This document shows, piece by piece, positions 45,013 through 54,306 of a stretch of DNA of 64,000 bases (the first letter of the stretch is position 1; each line of letters begins with the position of its first letter). Location: the NCBI GenBank assembly GCA_036783645.1, contig DAIPWT010000009.1, positions 9,118-73,117 of the forward strand, given 5' to 3'. The notes beneath the pieces were generated by a model. The model was not told the origin of the DNA. It saw only the letters and a list, made by a program, of their open reading frames with translations, and made no database searches. This DNA comes from Gemmataceae bacterium (GTDB lineage Bacteria > Planctomycetota > Planctomycetia > Gemmatales > Gemmataceae). The translations under genes were made by a program, and so were the position numbers.

Positions 45013-47316
45013 TCAGCGACCCGCTCCCGACAGCACAAACGCGGCCCAGTCCTTGACGGCCGCCGGACGTTTTGGCGTCTCCTTCGGGTCGGCCGGCGCT
45101 TTCATCACGGCTTGCACCGTCTCGTCCCAATCCACGGCCCTTTGGCCCTGGGCCAGCACCGGCACACTCTGGGGATTGCGGTAAAGCTCTAGCTGGGCGT
45201 GGTGCAGCGCCGTCAGCGGCGGCTCGTTCTTCTCCCACAGGTGGATGTAGAAGAGGTTCATCAGCGCCGCCGTGGCCTCGTCGTCTACCTTCCACAGGCT
45301 GGCCACCACGTTGCGGGCGCCGCCGATGTGGAAAGCGCGTTGCAATCCAAAAACGCCTTCGCCGGCCGCCGCTTCGCCCAGGCCGGTCTGACAGGCCGAC
45401 AGCACGGCCAGGTCCATGCCGTCCAAATCCAGCCCGGCCACCGCTTCGCCGGTGAGGACGCCGCTGTCGGCGTCGGTCGGCTGATTGGCGCCGGCCAGCA
45501 CCAAGCCGGAGAGGGTAAGCGGATTGCGCGCCGCCGCCCCGCGTCGCTCGGCGCCGACGCCGAGGAGGAAGTCGTCGGGCCGGAACAGGTGTTCGCGTTC
45601 CTTGCTGTCGGGGGCGGCGAAGAAGCCGTGCGTGGCGAGATGCGCCCAGCGCGCCCTGGGCAGATCGGCCAACAGACGCGGCACGTCGGCGCCGGCGCCG
45701 GAGCGTTCGACGATCTCAGGAGCGTGGGGCAGTTTCCTGGCCTCGGCGACGACGCCGGCCCGTTCCTTGACGGTGGCGGGCAGGGCCGGTCACGGTTTGC
45801 CAGTAGAGGCGTCGTCACGGTCGTAGCGGACGCCGCCGACGGCCAGCAGTACGCCGGGGCCGCGGCTTGTCGGGACGGGGGCCGTCAGTTGGTCGAGCAG
45901 CGACGGGCCGCCGGGCACGACGGCGAAGGCGTAGTCCTCCAGCAGCACCGAGCCGGGCCGGTCGCCCGGCAGGGCCGACCACGGCAACGCGCTCAACGGG
46001 CCATCGGGGCAGATGTAGACGGTATCGACGCCCTCGCCCAATGCCGCGGCGATGGGTTCCCAGACGGCCTTCCTTAGTCGGCCGGCGGCGTCGCTGCGCA
46101 AGTTTTTGACGATAGCGTCTCGCCATTCTGCCAAGTCTTTCTCGATGGCCGCCGCGTCGGCGAGTTCGACGCGGCGTATCGGCTGACCCTTGCGGAGTAT
46201 GAAGACGGCGTAATGGCCGTCGGCCCACTTCCGCGTCTTGGGATCCAAGTCTCTGTAGCGGGAAAGGTCGATGAACACGGCGCGCTCGGGCAGTCGATCA
46301 GCGAGGTCAGTGTACGAGAGTATGCCGCGGTCAGACGCCGGCAACAGGGCGGCGAGTTCCTTTTCCAGTCGCTCCTTCTTGTCGGTCAAGTCTTGGACGA
46401 GTTGGGCACGGTCGGCGTCGCCGGGACGGGCGGGCGCCAGAACGAGCCGGGCCAGTTCCTGTCGCACGCCGATCAGCGTCTGCACCTTTCGCCGTGTGGC
46501 TTCATCGGCGTCCGAGGCGGCGCGGAGCAGGCGGCGACGGCGCTGGAGGCTGCGGGCAAGTGCGGACTTGCTTTGCCATAGGACGGGGTACTGCTCGGCG
46601 GGATTGGCGCTCTCCTCATGGACGGTGGCCGCGAGGAACAGGTTGCGGGCGCCGGGCAGGGAAGCGGCGAGATTTAGCGCCTCGGCTTCAGCACCGCCGT
46701 CGGCAAAAGCGACGGTCAGTCGGTCGTACATGGACGCGCCTTCGGCAAGAACGTCAGCTGCCTTTCCGTATTCTCCCCGCGCCAGCAACGAACCACCCAA
46801 GTTGTTGAGGCCCCTAGCCAGTTCTGGGTGGCCGACGGGGTACTTGTCGGGTGGGTAGAGCTTCTTAAGCATGTCCAAGGCGGCGCGGTAGAACGGCTCC
46901 GCCTTGCCGTACTCGCCCCGCGCCAGCAACAGGCTGCCTAGGTTGTTGAGGCTACTTGCCAGGTAGCGATGGCCGCCAGGGTACTGCTCCGCCGGGTAGA
47001 GGCGCTTGCTCATTTCCAAGGCTTCACGGAGGAACGGCTCCGCCTTGCCGTACTCGCCCCGGTCGTGCAGCAGGGCGCCCAGGTTGCTGAGGCTCCCGGC
47101 CAAGTTGGGATGGCCGTCGGGGTACTTCCCGGTCGGATAGAGGCGGCGGCGCATCTCCAGAACGTCGCGGAGGAGTGGCTCCGCACGGCCGTACTCGCCC
47201 CGCGCCTGTAGCAGGACGCCCAAGTTGTTGAGGCCCACGGCCAAGTTGGGGTGGCCATCGGGGTACTTGTCGGCCGGGTAGAGGCGACGGCACTTCTCCA
47301 GGGATTTTTCAAACAA
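45013..47316 (-). pseudogene. TPR-CHAT protein (copy C, full length) interrupted by an in-frame TGA at 45790-45792; N-terminus also unclear
   Basis: Repeated TPR units (YPDGHPNLA..LNNLG..ARGEYGKAEP), then a CHAT domain (HLATHGFF, LSACQTG). The two ORFs 45790-47316 and 45013-45684 share a frame and are separated only by TGA (GKP*PALPATVKE). Confidence 0.75.
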
Positions 47317-47399
47317 CTCAGACGCGGCGACGTATTTCCCGTCCCGATACAGCTGAGCCGCCAGCTCGTTTACAGACAGCTGCGCAAAGAACTAAACTT

Positions 47400-47690
47400 T
47401 CACGAGGCGATAAGCCCTGAAAACAAGGCAAATACAGACAGTGGGAGTTTACTTCTTTGTGCATCAGTCAGTAACTCCAATGCTTGCTTATGCAGCGTTC
47501 CGCGTTCCTCGGCCGTCAACTCCGTCGCCGGCTCGTCGGCCCTCACCGGTGCGGTCCACGCCGCCGCGCCCATCACAAGCAAGATGGCCCCCAACACCAG
47601 CGTCAACCATCCGGCTTGCCTCACATTCACGCTAGTGGTCATTGGCGATCCTCTTTGATGTATAATCCCGCGTCGTCTGGATAAACCCAT
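47400..47690 (-). CDS. short ORF with a signal-peptide-like N-terminus, possibly the detached 5' end of the TPR-CHAT gene
   Basis: MTTSVNVRQAGWLTLVLGAILLVMGAAAWTAPVRA. Different frame from the TPR ORF, and stops occur in both relevant frames near 47395-47405. Confidence 0.3.
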   Translation of the reverse strand: MGLSRRRGIIHQRGSPMTTSVNVRQAGWLTLVLGAILLVMGAAAWTAPVRADEPATELTAEERGTLHKQALELLTDAQRSKLPLSVFALFSGLIAS

Positions 47691-47752
47691 TCGTTTCTAC
47701 ACAACCCCGGCAGGTTTACTCTATGGACGGGGGCGCCATGCAACGCCGTCAA

Positions 47753-48921
47753 CTACGGGGCGGCTTGTTTCGCTTTAAGTCGTTGCATGGCTCGTAGTTG
47801 TTCCGCCGTTGCCGATTGGAGTTTCGGGTCGCCAGGCGGCTTTTCCTTTTTCTTATGCGGCCAGTCGCGGGCTTTCTTGCTGCCGCGTCGAACGTAGCCG
47901 TCTTTCGTTGCCCAGGCTAAATCACGGCCCAAGCCGCGATCCAGACAGCGTCGTGTCAACGCATGCCGCATGCTCCGCCGCACGCGGTCGCGCGCCTTGG
48001 CCGCCGACCAACGCAACGGGTCGCCGCCTCGCGCCAAGATTTGCGACGCCGTCATCAGGCCCAACAGCCACAGGCCCAACAGCGCCCACGTCAGTTCGCA
48101 CTTCGCCGCCTCGGGCGTTCGGCTCTTGCGGCAGATCGGCTTCCTGAATCAACACCGACGGGGCCTGCCTCTCGAAAAGAGAACGAACCGCCAAGACGCC
48201 AAGAGCGCCAAGAATACAATTGCCCTCTTCTACTTGGCGCTCTTGGCGTCTTGGCGGTTCGTTCTTTACACCTCAACGGCGCTGTTCAAGGAACTATTGG
48301 GGGAGAACAAGGTGCGGGAACGACCGCGGCGGCAAATCCGCCAGCATCTCTTCCAAATGCCGTCGTTCGCTCGCCGTCCCCGGCCCGATGCGAAAATCCC
48401 AGGGTATGCCCGTGCCCATGTGTAGCAACGTCGTCACGAACAATTGCGGTCCCGTCTTCTTTTTGCCCGCACACTTCAACTCGTTTTCGTTGGCCGCCGT
48501 CCGCAGTGAACGCGCACCAACCCTCATGCCGCCAGTGCCGACCGGCTCTCGTCCGCAACTGCTGTCGCAATCGTTTGCCCAGGGCCGGCCGCAGCGGCGT
48601 CAGCCATTTCAACTGCGCCTCGTACCATCCTGTGTAACTCTTGCCTAACGTCCACTTGGGAAACAGCGACCGTGCTGCCTCCCGCGTTTCCTCGAAACGC
48701 GTCTGCAACGTTTGCTCCGCGCTCCAGACCATCAGGATCGCCACCCAAAACACCCGCAGCGGCGACCATTTCAATCCCGCCACCCGCCAGCGTGAAAAGA
48801 ATTGCCCGGGCAGAAACTTCCCGATGGCGTCTTTCAAGCCGTGGCGAGAGGATACCTGAGTCCGACGCTGCCGGCGGCCCTTGCGACTTTGGGAAGGACG
48901 CTTCCTGTGCTGACGAGCCAT
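47753..48921 (-). mobile_element. degenerate IS (DDE transposase, IS4/IS701-like) remnant with frameshifts and a hairpin insertion
   Basis: Transposase-like pieces in three frames (MARQHRKRPSQSRKGRR...; ...KKKTGPQLFVTTLLHMGTGIPWDFRIGPGTASERRHLEEMLADLP; ...ILARGGDPLRWSAAKARDRV...). Family call is tentative. Confidence 0.55.
48181..48264. repeat. hairpin with arms made of three GCCAAGA units, inserted in the IS remnant
   Basis: GAACGAACCGCCAAGACGCCAAGAGCGCCAAG ... CTTGGCGCTCTTGGCGTCTTGGCGGTTCGTTC. Unit spacing 8 then 9 nt, the same architecture as 6377-6473. Confidence 0.85.
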
Positions 48922-49110
48922 GTGAAGCCCTCCGTGCGCTGGCGTTCTCTGGTAAGAACACCCCGTGTAACGGAGGGCTTCCATGTTCATACATCGTTAT
49001 TAGTTAAGACCATTCCGCATACAATCCTCTGGACGGCGTTGCATGGCGCCCCCGCTTGAATAGATGCCTATGGCCTTGACCCTCGCCGCCGTCCTGACGA
49101 CCATAGGAGC

Positions 49111-49983
49111 ATGAACGATTGGCAACCTTACGTCGATGACTTGCTGAAACGACGGACGCCGTGCGGCGGCTTCTCCGGCCAGCCGGGCGGCCGTCATCGT
49201 CCGGACGCGGCCGCCTGGGCCGTGTTGGCGCTGCGCGCCTTGGGGGCGATCCCCGAACCCGGTCCGGTCCTCGACCGGCTGGCGCAGGGCCAACTGCGGG
49301 ACGGCCGTGTGCCCATCGACCCGGATTATCCACAAGCGTTTTGGCCCACGTCCGAGGCGATTCTGGCCTGGAACGGCTCCGCCGCTCATGCCTCGAACCA
49401 GACCCGCGCCGTCGATTTCCTTCTGCGCACCTCCGGCGTCCACTATCGTCTGGATAAGGACGCCGTCGTGGAACACGACACGACGATCCGCGGTTGGCCG
49501 TGGATCGAGAAAACCCATTCATGGGTCGAGCCGACGGCGATGGCTTTGCTTGCCCTGGAATGCGCCGGCCAAGCGGGGCACGCCCGCGCGGAGGAGGCGC
49601 GGCGGATGCTGCTAAATCGTCAACTCGAATCCGGCGGCTGGAATTACGGCAACACGAAGGTCTATTGCGTCGAATTAAGACCTTCAATGGAGAGTACCGG
49701 CCTGGCTCTGCACGCCCTGGCCGGCCACGTCAGCGCCAAGGACGTTCAAAAAAGTCTGGATTACCTGGAGACGGAAGTGTCGGGCACGCGCGGTCCTCTA
49801 TGGCTGGGCTGGTCGGTCCTGGCCCTGAGCGCCTGGGGTCGCCGCCCCGCGGGCATCGGCGCTTGGATCATGGAGAGCCTGGAACGGCAGTCGGTTTACG
49901 GCAGTTATGACACCGCCTGGATGGGCGCCCTTTTGCTGGCCGCCCGTTGTGAAAACGGCCTTCATGCCAAGGAGGCTTCGTGA
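49111..49983 (+). CDS. prenyltransferase/squalene-oxidase-repeat (terpenoid cyclase-like alpha-alpha toroid) protein
   Basis: Repeated ...GGW.. / ..AWAVLAL.. / TAMALLAL / TGLALHAL helical hairpins typical of the repeat family. Confidence 0.65.
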   Translation: MNDWQPYVDDLLKRRTPCGGFSGQPGGRHRPDAAAWAVLALRALGAIPEPGPVLDRLAQGQLRDGRVPIDPDYPQAFWPTSEAILAWNGSAAHASNQTRAVDFLLRTSGVHYRLDKDAVVEHDTTIRGWPWIEKTHSWVEPTAMALLALECAGQAGHARAEEARRMLLNRQLESGGWNYGNTKVYCVELRPSMESTGLALHALAGHVSAKDVQKSLDYLETEVSGTRGPLWLGWSVLALSAWGRRPAGIGAWIMESLERQSVYGSYDTAWMGALLLAARCENGLHAKEAS

Positions 49984-51050
49984 CCTCGAACCCCTTTATC
50001 GACCTGCTTAAACGGCTCATGGCCCGGTTCGCCCTGCGCGGCTCGTCCGGCGCGATCACCGACATGGGGCTGCACCGGGTCTTCAACGGCGAGGCGTGGC
50101 AGACCCAGACTTTCATCGCCAAAGCGGATAGCTATGAGCAGGATTTGGCGGCCGTCGTCTCGTCGGGGATGGCGCAACTCGGCGTGACGCGCGCGGAAGT
50201 GGAAGGCAAGACTATCCTACTCAAGCCCAATTTAGTCGAAACCTCCTCGGTCAAGTCCGCCTGCATCAACACGCATCCGCGCGTGATGTACGCCGCCGTG
50301 GTCGCCTTCCAACGACTCGGAGCGGCCCGCGTCCTCATTGGCGAAGGAGCCGGCCATCGCCGCGATTCCATGATTCTCCTGGAGCAATCGGGTCTGGTCG
50401 ATGTGTTGAAAGAGACGGGCGCCGCCTTTGTCGATCTCAATTATGCGGAAGTGACGGCGGTTCCGAACGCCGGCCGGATCAGCCGGCTGAAACGGTTCAT
50501 GCTGCCGCGCGTGGTGCGCGAAGCGGATTGGGTGGTGTCGATGGCCAAGCTCAAGACGCATCATTGGGCGGGCGTCACATTGGCCATGAAGAACCTTTAC
50601 GGCGTGGTGCCGGGCGCCTATTACGGCTGGCCGAAGAATGTGTTGCACCACGTCGGCTTGCAGCAGTCAATTTACGACGTGGCGGCCACGGTCAACGCTC
50701 ATTTCGCCATCGTGGACGGCATCATCGGCATGGAGGGCGACGGCCCGATCCTCGGCGAAGCCAAGCCGGCCGGCGTGTTGGTCATGGGCCGCAACCTGCC
50801 GGCCGTGGACGCCACCTGTTCGCGCGTGATGGGCATCGACCCCGTGTGGATTCCCTATCTGGCCGCGTCGCCGTACTTCCTCGGCCCGATCCACGAGGAC
50901 GAGATCGAGCAGCGCGGCGAACGCATCGACGCGGTGAAAACGGAGTTCCGGCTGCTGGAACACATCCACGTCCACCGTTACTTGATGGGGAGGCGGCGGA
51001 CGAAGACGGCGGCAGGGGGCAAGGAAACGTATGGGATGTTCACGTATTAG
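49980..51050 (+). CDS. DUF362 domain protein
   Basis: ILLKPNLVE, THPRVMYAAV, MAKLKTHHWAGVTLAMKNLYGVVPG, DGIIGMEGDGP. Start overlaps the previous stop. Confidence 0.8.
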   Translation: MTSNPFIDLLKRLMARFALRGSSGAITDMGLHRVFNGEAWQTQTFIAKADSYEQDLAAVVSSGMAQLGVTRAEVEGKTILLKPNLVETSSVKSACINTHPRVMYAAVVAFQRLGAARVLIGEGAGHRRDSMILLEQSGLVDVLKETGAAFVDLNYAEVTAVPNAGRISRLKRFMLPRVVREADWVVSMAKLKTHHWAGVTLAMKNLYGVVPGAYYGWPKNVLHHVGLQQSIYDVAATVNAHFAIVDGIIGMEGDGPILGEAKPAGVLVMGRNLPAVDATCSRVMGIDPVWIPYLAASPYFLGPIHEDEIEQRGERIDAVKTEFRLLEHIHVHRYLMGRRRTKTAAGGKETYGMFTY

Positions 51051-51060
51051 AGCCGGCGCC

Positions 51061-51127
51061 GGTTAGCCGCGACGCGCTAGCGGAGCGCGGGGAGTTCACG
51101 CGCTCTGCTAGCGCGTCGCGGCTAATC
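51061..51127. repeat. REP-like palindrome (variant of the TTAGCCGCGAC family)
   Basis: GGTTAGCCGCGACGCGCTAGC...GCTAGCGCGTCGCGGCTAATC between convergent genes. Confidence 0.8.
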
Positions 51128-51144
51128 GGCGCCGGCTTACCTCG

Positions 51145-53046
51145 TCACTTTGCTTTCATCTTCTCAATCCGGTCCTTGAGGGCCTCGATGTATTCTTGCG
51201 TGCGACCGCCATCGACGGGCTGCTCCTCACCCGGCTTCGGTTCGAGGCGAGCCATTTCTTCTTGAAGCGTCCGAGATCGAATGAAGCGCTCCCTGATGAC
51301 GAAGCTATACGTGCCGTTCGCTTCCTTCGGCATCTGGACCCGGACCCACCATATGTCATAAAGGAACGCCATCCCCGGATCCCAGCCGCCGCCGACGGCT
51401 TCGAGTTCCGCCCCAGGCGGCAGTTGCTTCGTCTCCGCGATCTTCTTGAAGGCGTCGAACAGCTTGTCCGTCACGGCGGAATCTTCCGGCCGCTTTGCCG
51501 CCCGAATCGCGGCAATGACTTCCGGTTCGGTGATCGGCGTCTCATCCTTTCCAATAGGGTTATGCGCTGCTTTCGTGTTCAGCGCTTTGATTGCGTCCGA
51601 AAGGGATGTTCGGGCGCCGTCCTTTGCCTTAGAGTTCTTATCCTTCACCTCGAACTCCACAGTGCCCGTCGAAAGCGTCGGATGGCTGTACACCATACGG
51701 CCGAATGCGATATTGTACTTCCCCGGCCGCACTCGGATCGTCGGTGTGCTGACTACGGTTGTCGGGTCGGCCTTTCCCTCCAAGACTTCCTCGACCGCGA
51801 CCTCCGGTTTATACAGTGTGACCGTTTCGCCTGGTTTAAGAATCCGTTTGGTCGGGACCGCCCAAAACAACCACAAAGGCGGCATGGCGACGTAGACAGT
51901 TTTCCCTTGCGCATCGGTGATCTTTGGCGCGTACTCTTGGAGACGTCCGTGGCTGATCGTTATCGCGGCGCTGCTGACATTTCGCACCGTGAGTTCAAGT
52001 TTGATTTCCTGCCCGGCGCGATAGGCGATCTTGTCGGCAGGCACAAGGGCGAGGCCAAGTTGAAGGCCGTTCACTTCCTTGCCCCAGGCGAATTCCTCTT
52101 CCTTCTTTTCCGGTTCCTGTTTCGCTGACGTTGCCACAGGTTTCTCCGCAAGGGCCGGCTTGTCCTCCTGACCCACCGCCGTCCGGCAGGTGAGAACAGT
52201 CGCCCCGGTCGCCACGAAGCCAAGGATCAGCACGACGGCGATAACCGTCTTGAGTTTGGTGAACAACATTGCCTTCATCACTCCTTCCGTAAGGGCGGCG
52301 ACCTTGACCGAGATCGCTCCCGTAGCCGCCGCCTTTCCCGCCGCAAGCAGACTTGCGGCTTTGATCGTTGAGACCACCACCGAGGTCGGCACGCCCGCCG
52401 ACGCCGCCTGTTGGGACAGCACCGCCGCCAACGCCCCGCCCGACAAGGCGACGCCCCGCCGTGTGAGCCGCTTCGCCAGCATGATTCTTGCCCTCGCCAA
52501 CCGGCCCGCCACCGTCCCTTCGGGACAGCCGAGTTGCCGAGCGGCTTCCTTGCGCGTCTTACCTTCCAGATCGCATAGGACAATGACGCCACGATACTTG
52601 TCAGGCAGGCGGCTCAACTCTTCGTCAAGCAGGGGTTGCAGGTCGCGCCACGGGTCTTGTTGGGTCGGGGCTGGTTCGGGCATTTCCGCCACCTGGCTTT
52701 CTCGCCCCTTCCTCTTGGCGGCGGTCGCCCGCGCCTTCAACGCCGTCTGGTGAGCCACCCCATAGAGCCAGTTGGCAAGCAACTCCCTTGAGGCAATCGA
52801 CGCCGCCTTACGGACGAGGACGAGGAAGGTGGTTTGGAAGGCGTCCTCGGCGTCGTGGTGATTGTGGAGGACGCGGCGGCAGACGCCCCACACCATCGGC
52901 CCATGCCGCCGCACAAGGGCCGCAATAGCCGCCTCGTCACGGCGGCTAAGGTAGTCCTCCAGCAATTGCCCATCGGTCAGCCCGGCGCCGTCGCGCAGAA
53001 CCCTGCGTAGGTGCTGGATGAACCCGCTCATCTGGTTGGTCGCCAT
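51145..53046 (-). CDS. ECF sigma factor fused through a TM segment to a roughly 350-aa C-terminal extracytoplasmic domain
   Basis: Start ATG 53044-53046. Region 2 DAEDAFQTTFLVLV, region 4 LPDKYRGVIVLCDLEGKTRKEAARQLGCPEGTVAGRLARAR, TM TVIAVVLILGFVATGATVL. Confidence 0.8.
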   Translation of the reverse strand: MATNQMSGFIQHLRRVLRDGAGLTDGQLLEDYLSRRDEAAIAALVRRHGPMVWGVCRRVLHNHHDAEDAFQTTFLVLVRKAASIASRELLANWLYGVAHQTALKARATAAKRKGRESQVAEMPEPAPTQQDPWRDLQPLLDEELSRLPDKYRGVIVLCDLEGKTRKEAARQLGCPEGTVAGRLARARIMLAKRLTRRGVALSGGALAAVLSQQAASAGVPTSVVVSTIKAASLLAAGKAAATGAISVKVAALTEGVMKAMLFTKLKTVIAVVLILGFVATGATVLTCRTAVGQEDKPALAEKPVATSAKQEPEKKEEEFAWGKEVNGLQLGLALVPADKIAYRAGQEIKLELTVRNVSSAAITISHGRLQEYAPKITDAQGKTVYVAMPPLWLFWAVPTKRILKPGETVTLYKPEVAVEEVLEGKADPTTVVSTPTIRVRPGKYNIAFGRMVYSHPTLSTGTVEFEVKDKNSKAKDGARTSLSDAIKALNTKAAHNPIGKDETPITEPEVIAAIRAAKRPEDSAVTDKLFDAFKKIAETKQLPPGAELEAVGGGWDPGMAFLYDIWWVRVQMPKEANGTYSFVIRERFIRSRTLQEEMARLEPKPGEEQPVDGGRTQEYIEALKDRIEKMKAK

Positions 53047-53144
53047 GTCCGTTCCTTTGCGGGGGCGACGGTCGCCCTCTACCCTATTACTACCGGCGGA
53101 CGGCGGTTTTGATACACGAGTTTTCTTGGGGTGAAGCGTTTTTC

Positions 53145-53229
53145 GTTTAACCCGTAGCCGTAGGCGAGGCCGGCCCGCGTCCGTCAGCACGTTCCGGCCC
53201 TTGGCCTCGCCTACGGCTACGGGTTAAAC
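53145..53229. repeat. 85-bp GC-rich palindrome
   Basis: GTTTAACCCGTAGCCGTAGGCGAGGCC...GGCCTCGCCTACGGCTACGGGTTAAAC. Confidence 0.85.
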
Positions 53230-53286
53230 GATCCTAAAGAGATGGATTTTTGGGCTAGTTCTTACACTTCTAATTCCTTCGGGCGG

Positions 53287-54306
53287 CTACTTCGCCTCCG
53301 CTTTCCGCTCGGCAAGCCTTTTGTCCAGCCAGTCGGCGACGACTTTCCCATCCCCCTCCTGGTAGACGTCATGGCCAACCCTTTTGCGGATAATCAAGTC
53401 GGCCGGGACGTCGGCCGCCTTCAACCGCTCCGCCAACTTCTCGGCCTGGCGAACCAGCAGGGTGTCCTTCTCGCCGTAGATCAGCAAGCCGGGCCCCGAG
53501 TCGGCTGAGACGAGGGATGCCGGAGACAACGCCTTCAACCTCTGGCGTATCTGCTCCTCATCGGTCACTGGAGAAAAGCTGAGGGATTTTTGGTGGTAGT
53601 CGCGGAACACGATGGGGAAGTGATCGATCTTCGCCTTCTTCCTTATTTCCTCCGGCAAGCGGAATTCGAGGATGCTCTTCCCCTCGGCCTCGTAGTTCAC
53701 CAGGTCGGTTGGGCCACCGAAGCTGACGAAAGCGGCGACCCGGCTCGACTCCCGCTCGACCGGGTCGTAGCGGCCGAGGCCCGTGGGGTCCGGCACTGGG
53801 AAGGGCGGTCCCTTGCCGCCGCTCACGCCCACGAGGGCGGCGAGATGACCACCTGAACTGATGCCGATTATGGCGAGCCGATCCGCATCCACCCGGTACT
53901 CCTTGGCGTGATACCGGACGTAGCGCACCGCCCGGTGAACGTCAGGAACAATTTCGTCGAGCGGAAAGACAGGAAAACTGCTATGGCCGACGACGAAGAC
54001 GGTATAGCCTCGCCCCAGGACGTCGGTTAAGAGCGGGCCTGGCTCGAACCTTTCCACGTTCGACACCCACTCCACGCCGGCAATCCAGAGGATCGCGGCG
54101 CCGTTCTCCTTCCCCTTCGGCCGGAACACGTCCATCGTGAGGGCGAGGCCGGCCTTGCGACCATAGATCACGTCGCGGGTGCGGGTATACGGAGGCTCGT
54201 CATCGGCGGCGGCCGCAAGGCCTGCCGCCGCGAATAGCCCCAGAACCACACTCAACACCGTCAATCGGTTATGCAATTTCGTCGTGTGAACACCTTTCAT
54301 CGCCAA
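53287..54306 (-). CDS. secreted alpha/beta hydrolase (esterase/peptidase S9-like)
   Basis: Signal peptide, nucleophile elbow GISSGGHLAAL, C-terminal GHD(V) His motif. Confidence 0.85.
   Translation of the reverse strand: MAMKGVHTTKLHNRLTVLSVVLGLFAAAGLAAAADDEPPYTRTRDVIYGRKAGLALTMDVFRPKGKENGAAILWIAGVEWVSNVERFEPGPLLTDVLGRGYTVFVVGHSSFPVFPLDEIVPDVHRAVRYVRYHAKEYRVDADRLAIIGISSGGHLAALVGVSGGKGPPFPVPDPTGLGRYDPVERESSRVAAFVSFGGPTDLVNYEAEGKSILEFRLPEEIRKKAKIDHFPIVFRDYHQKSLSFSPVTDEEQIRQRLKALSPASLVSADSGPGLLIYGEKDTLLVRQAEKLAERLKAADVPADLIIRKRVGHDVYQEGDGKVVADWLDKRLAERKAEAK

Noticed and set aside
45790-45792. In-frame TGA as selenocysteine
   Set aside because: No SECIS-like hairpin is evident immediately downstream. 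A Trp codon is one transition away, and the gene also has a damaged 5' end, so a nonsense mutation is more likely.
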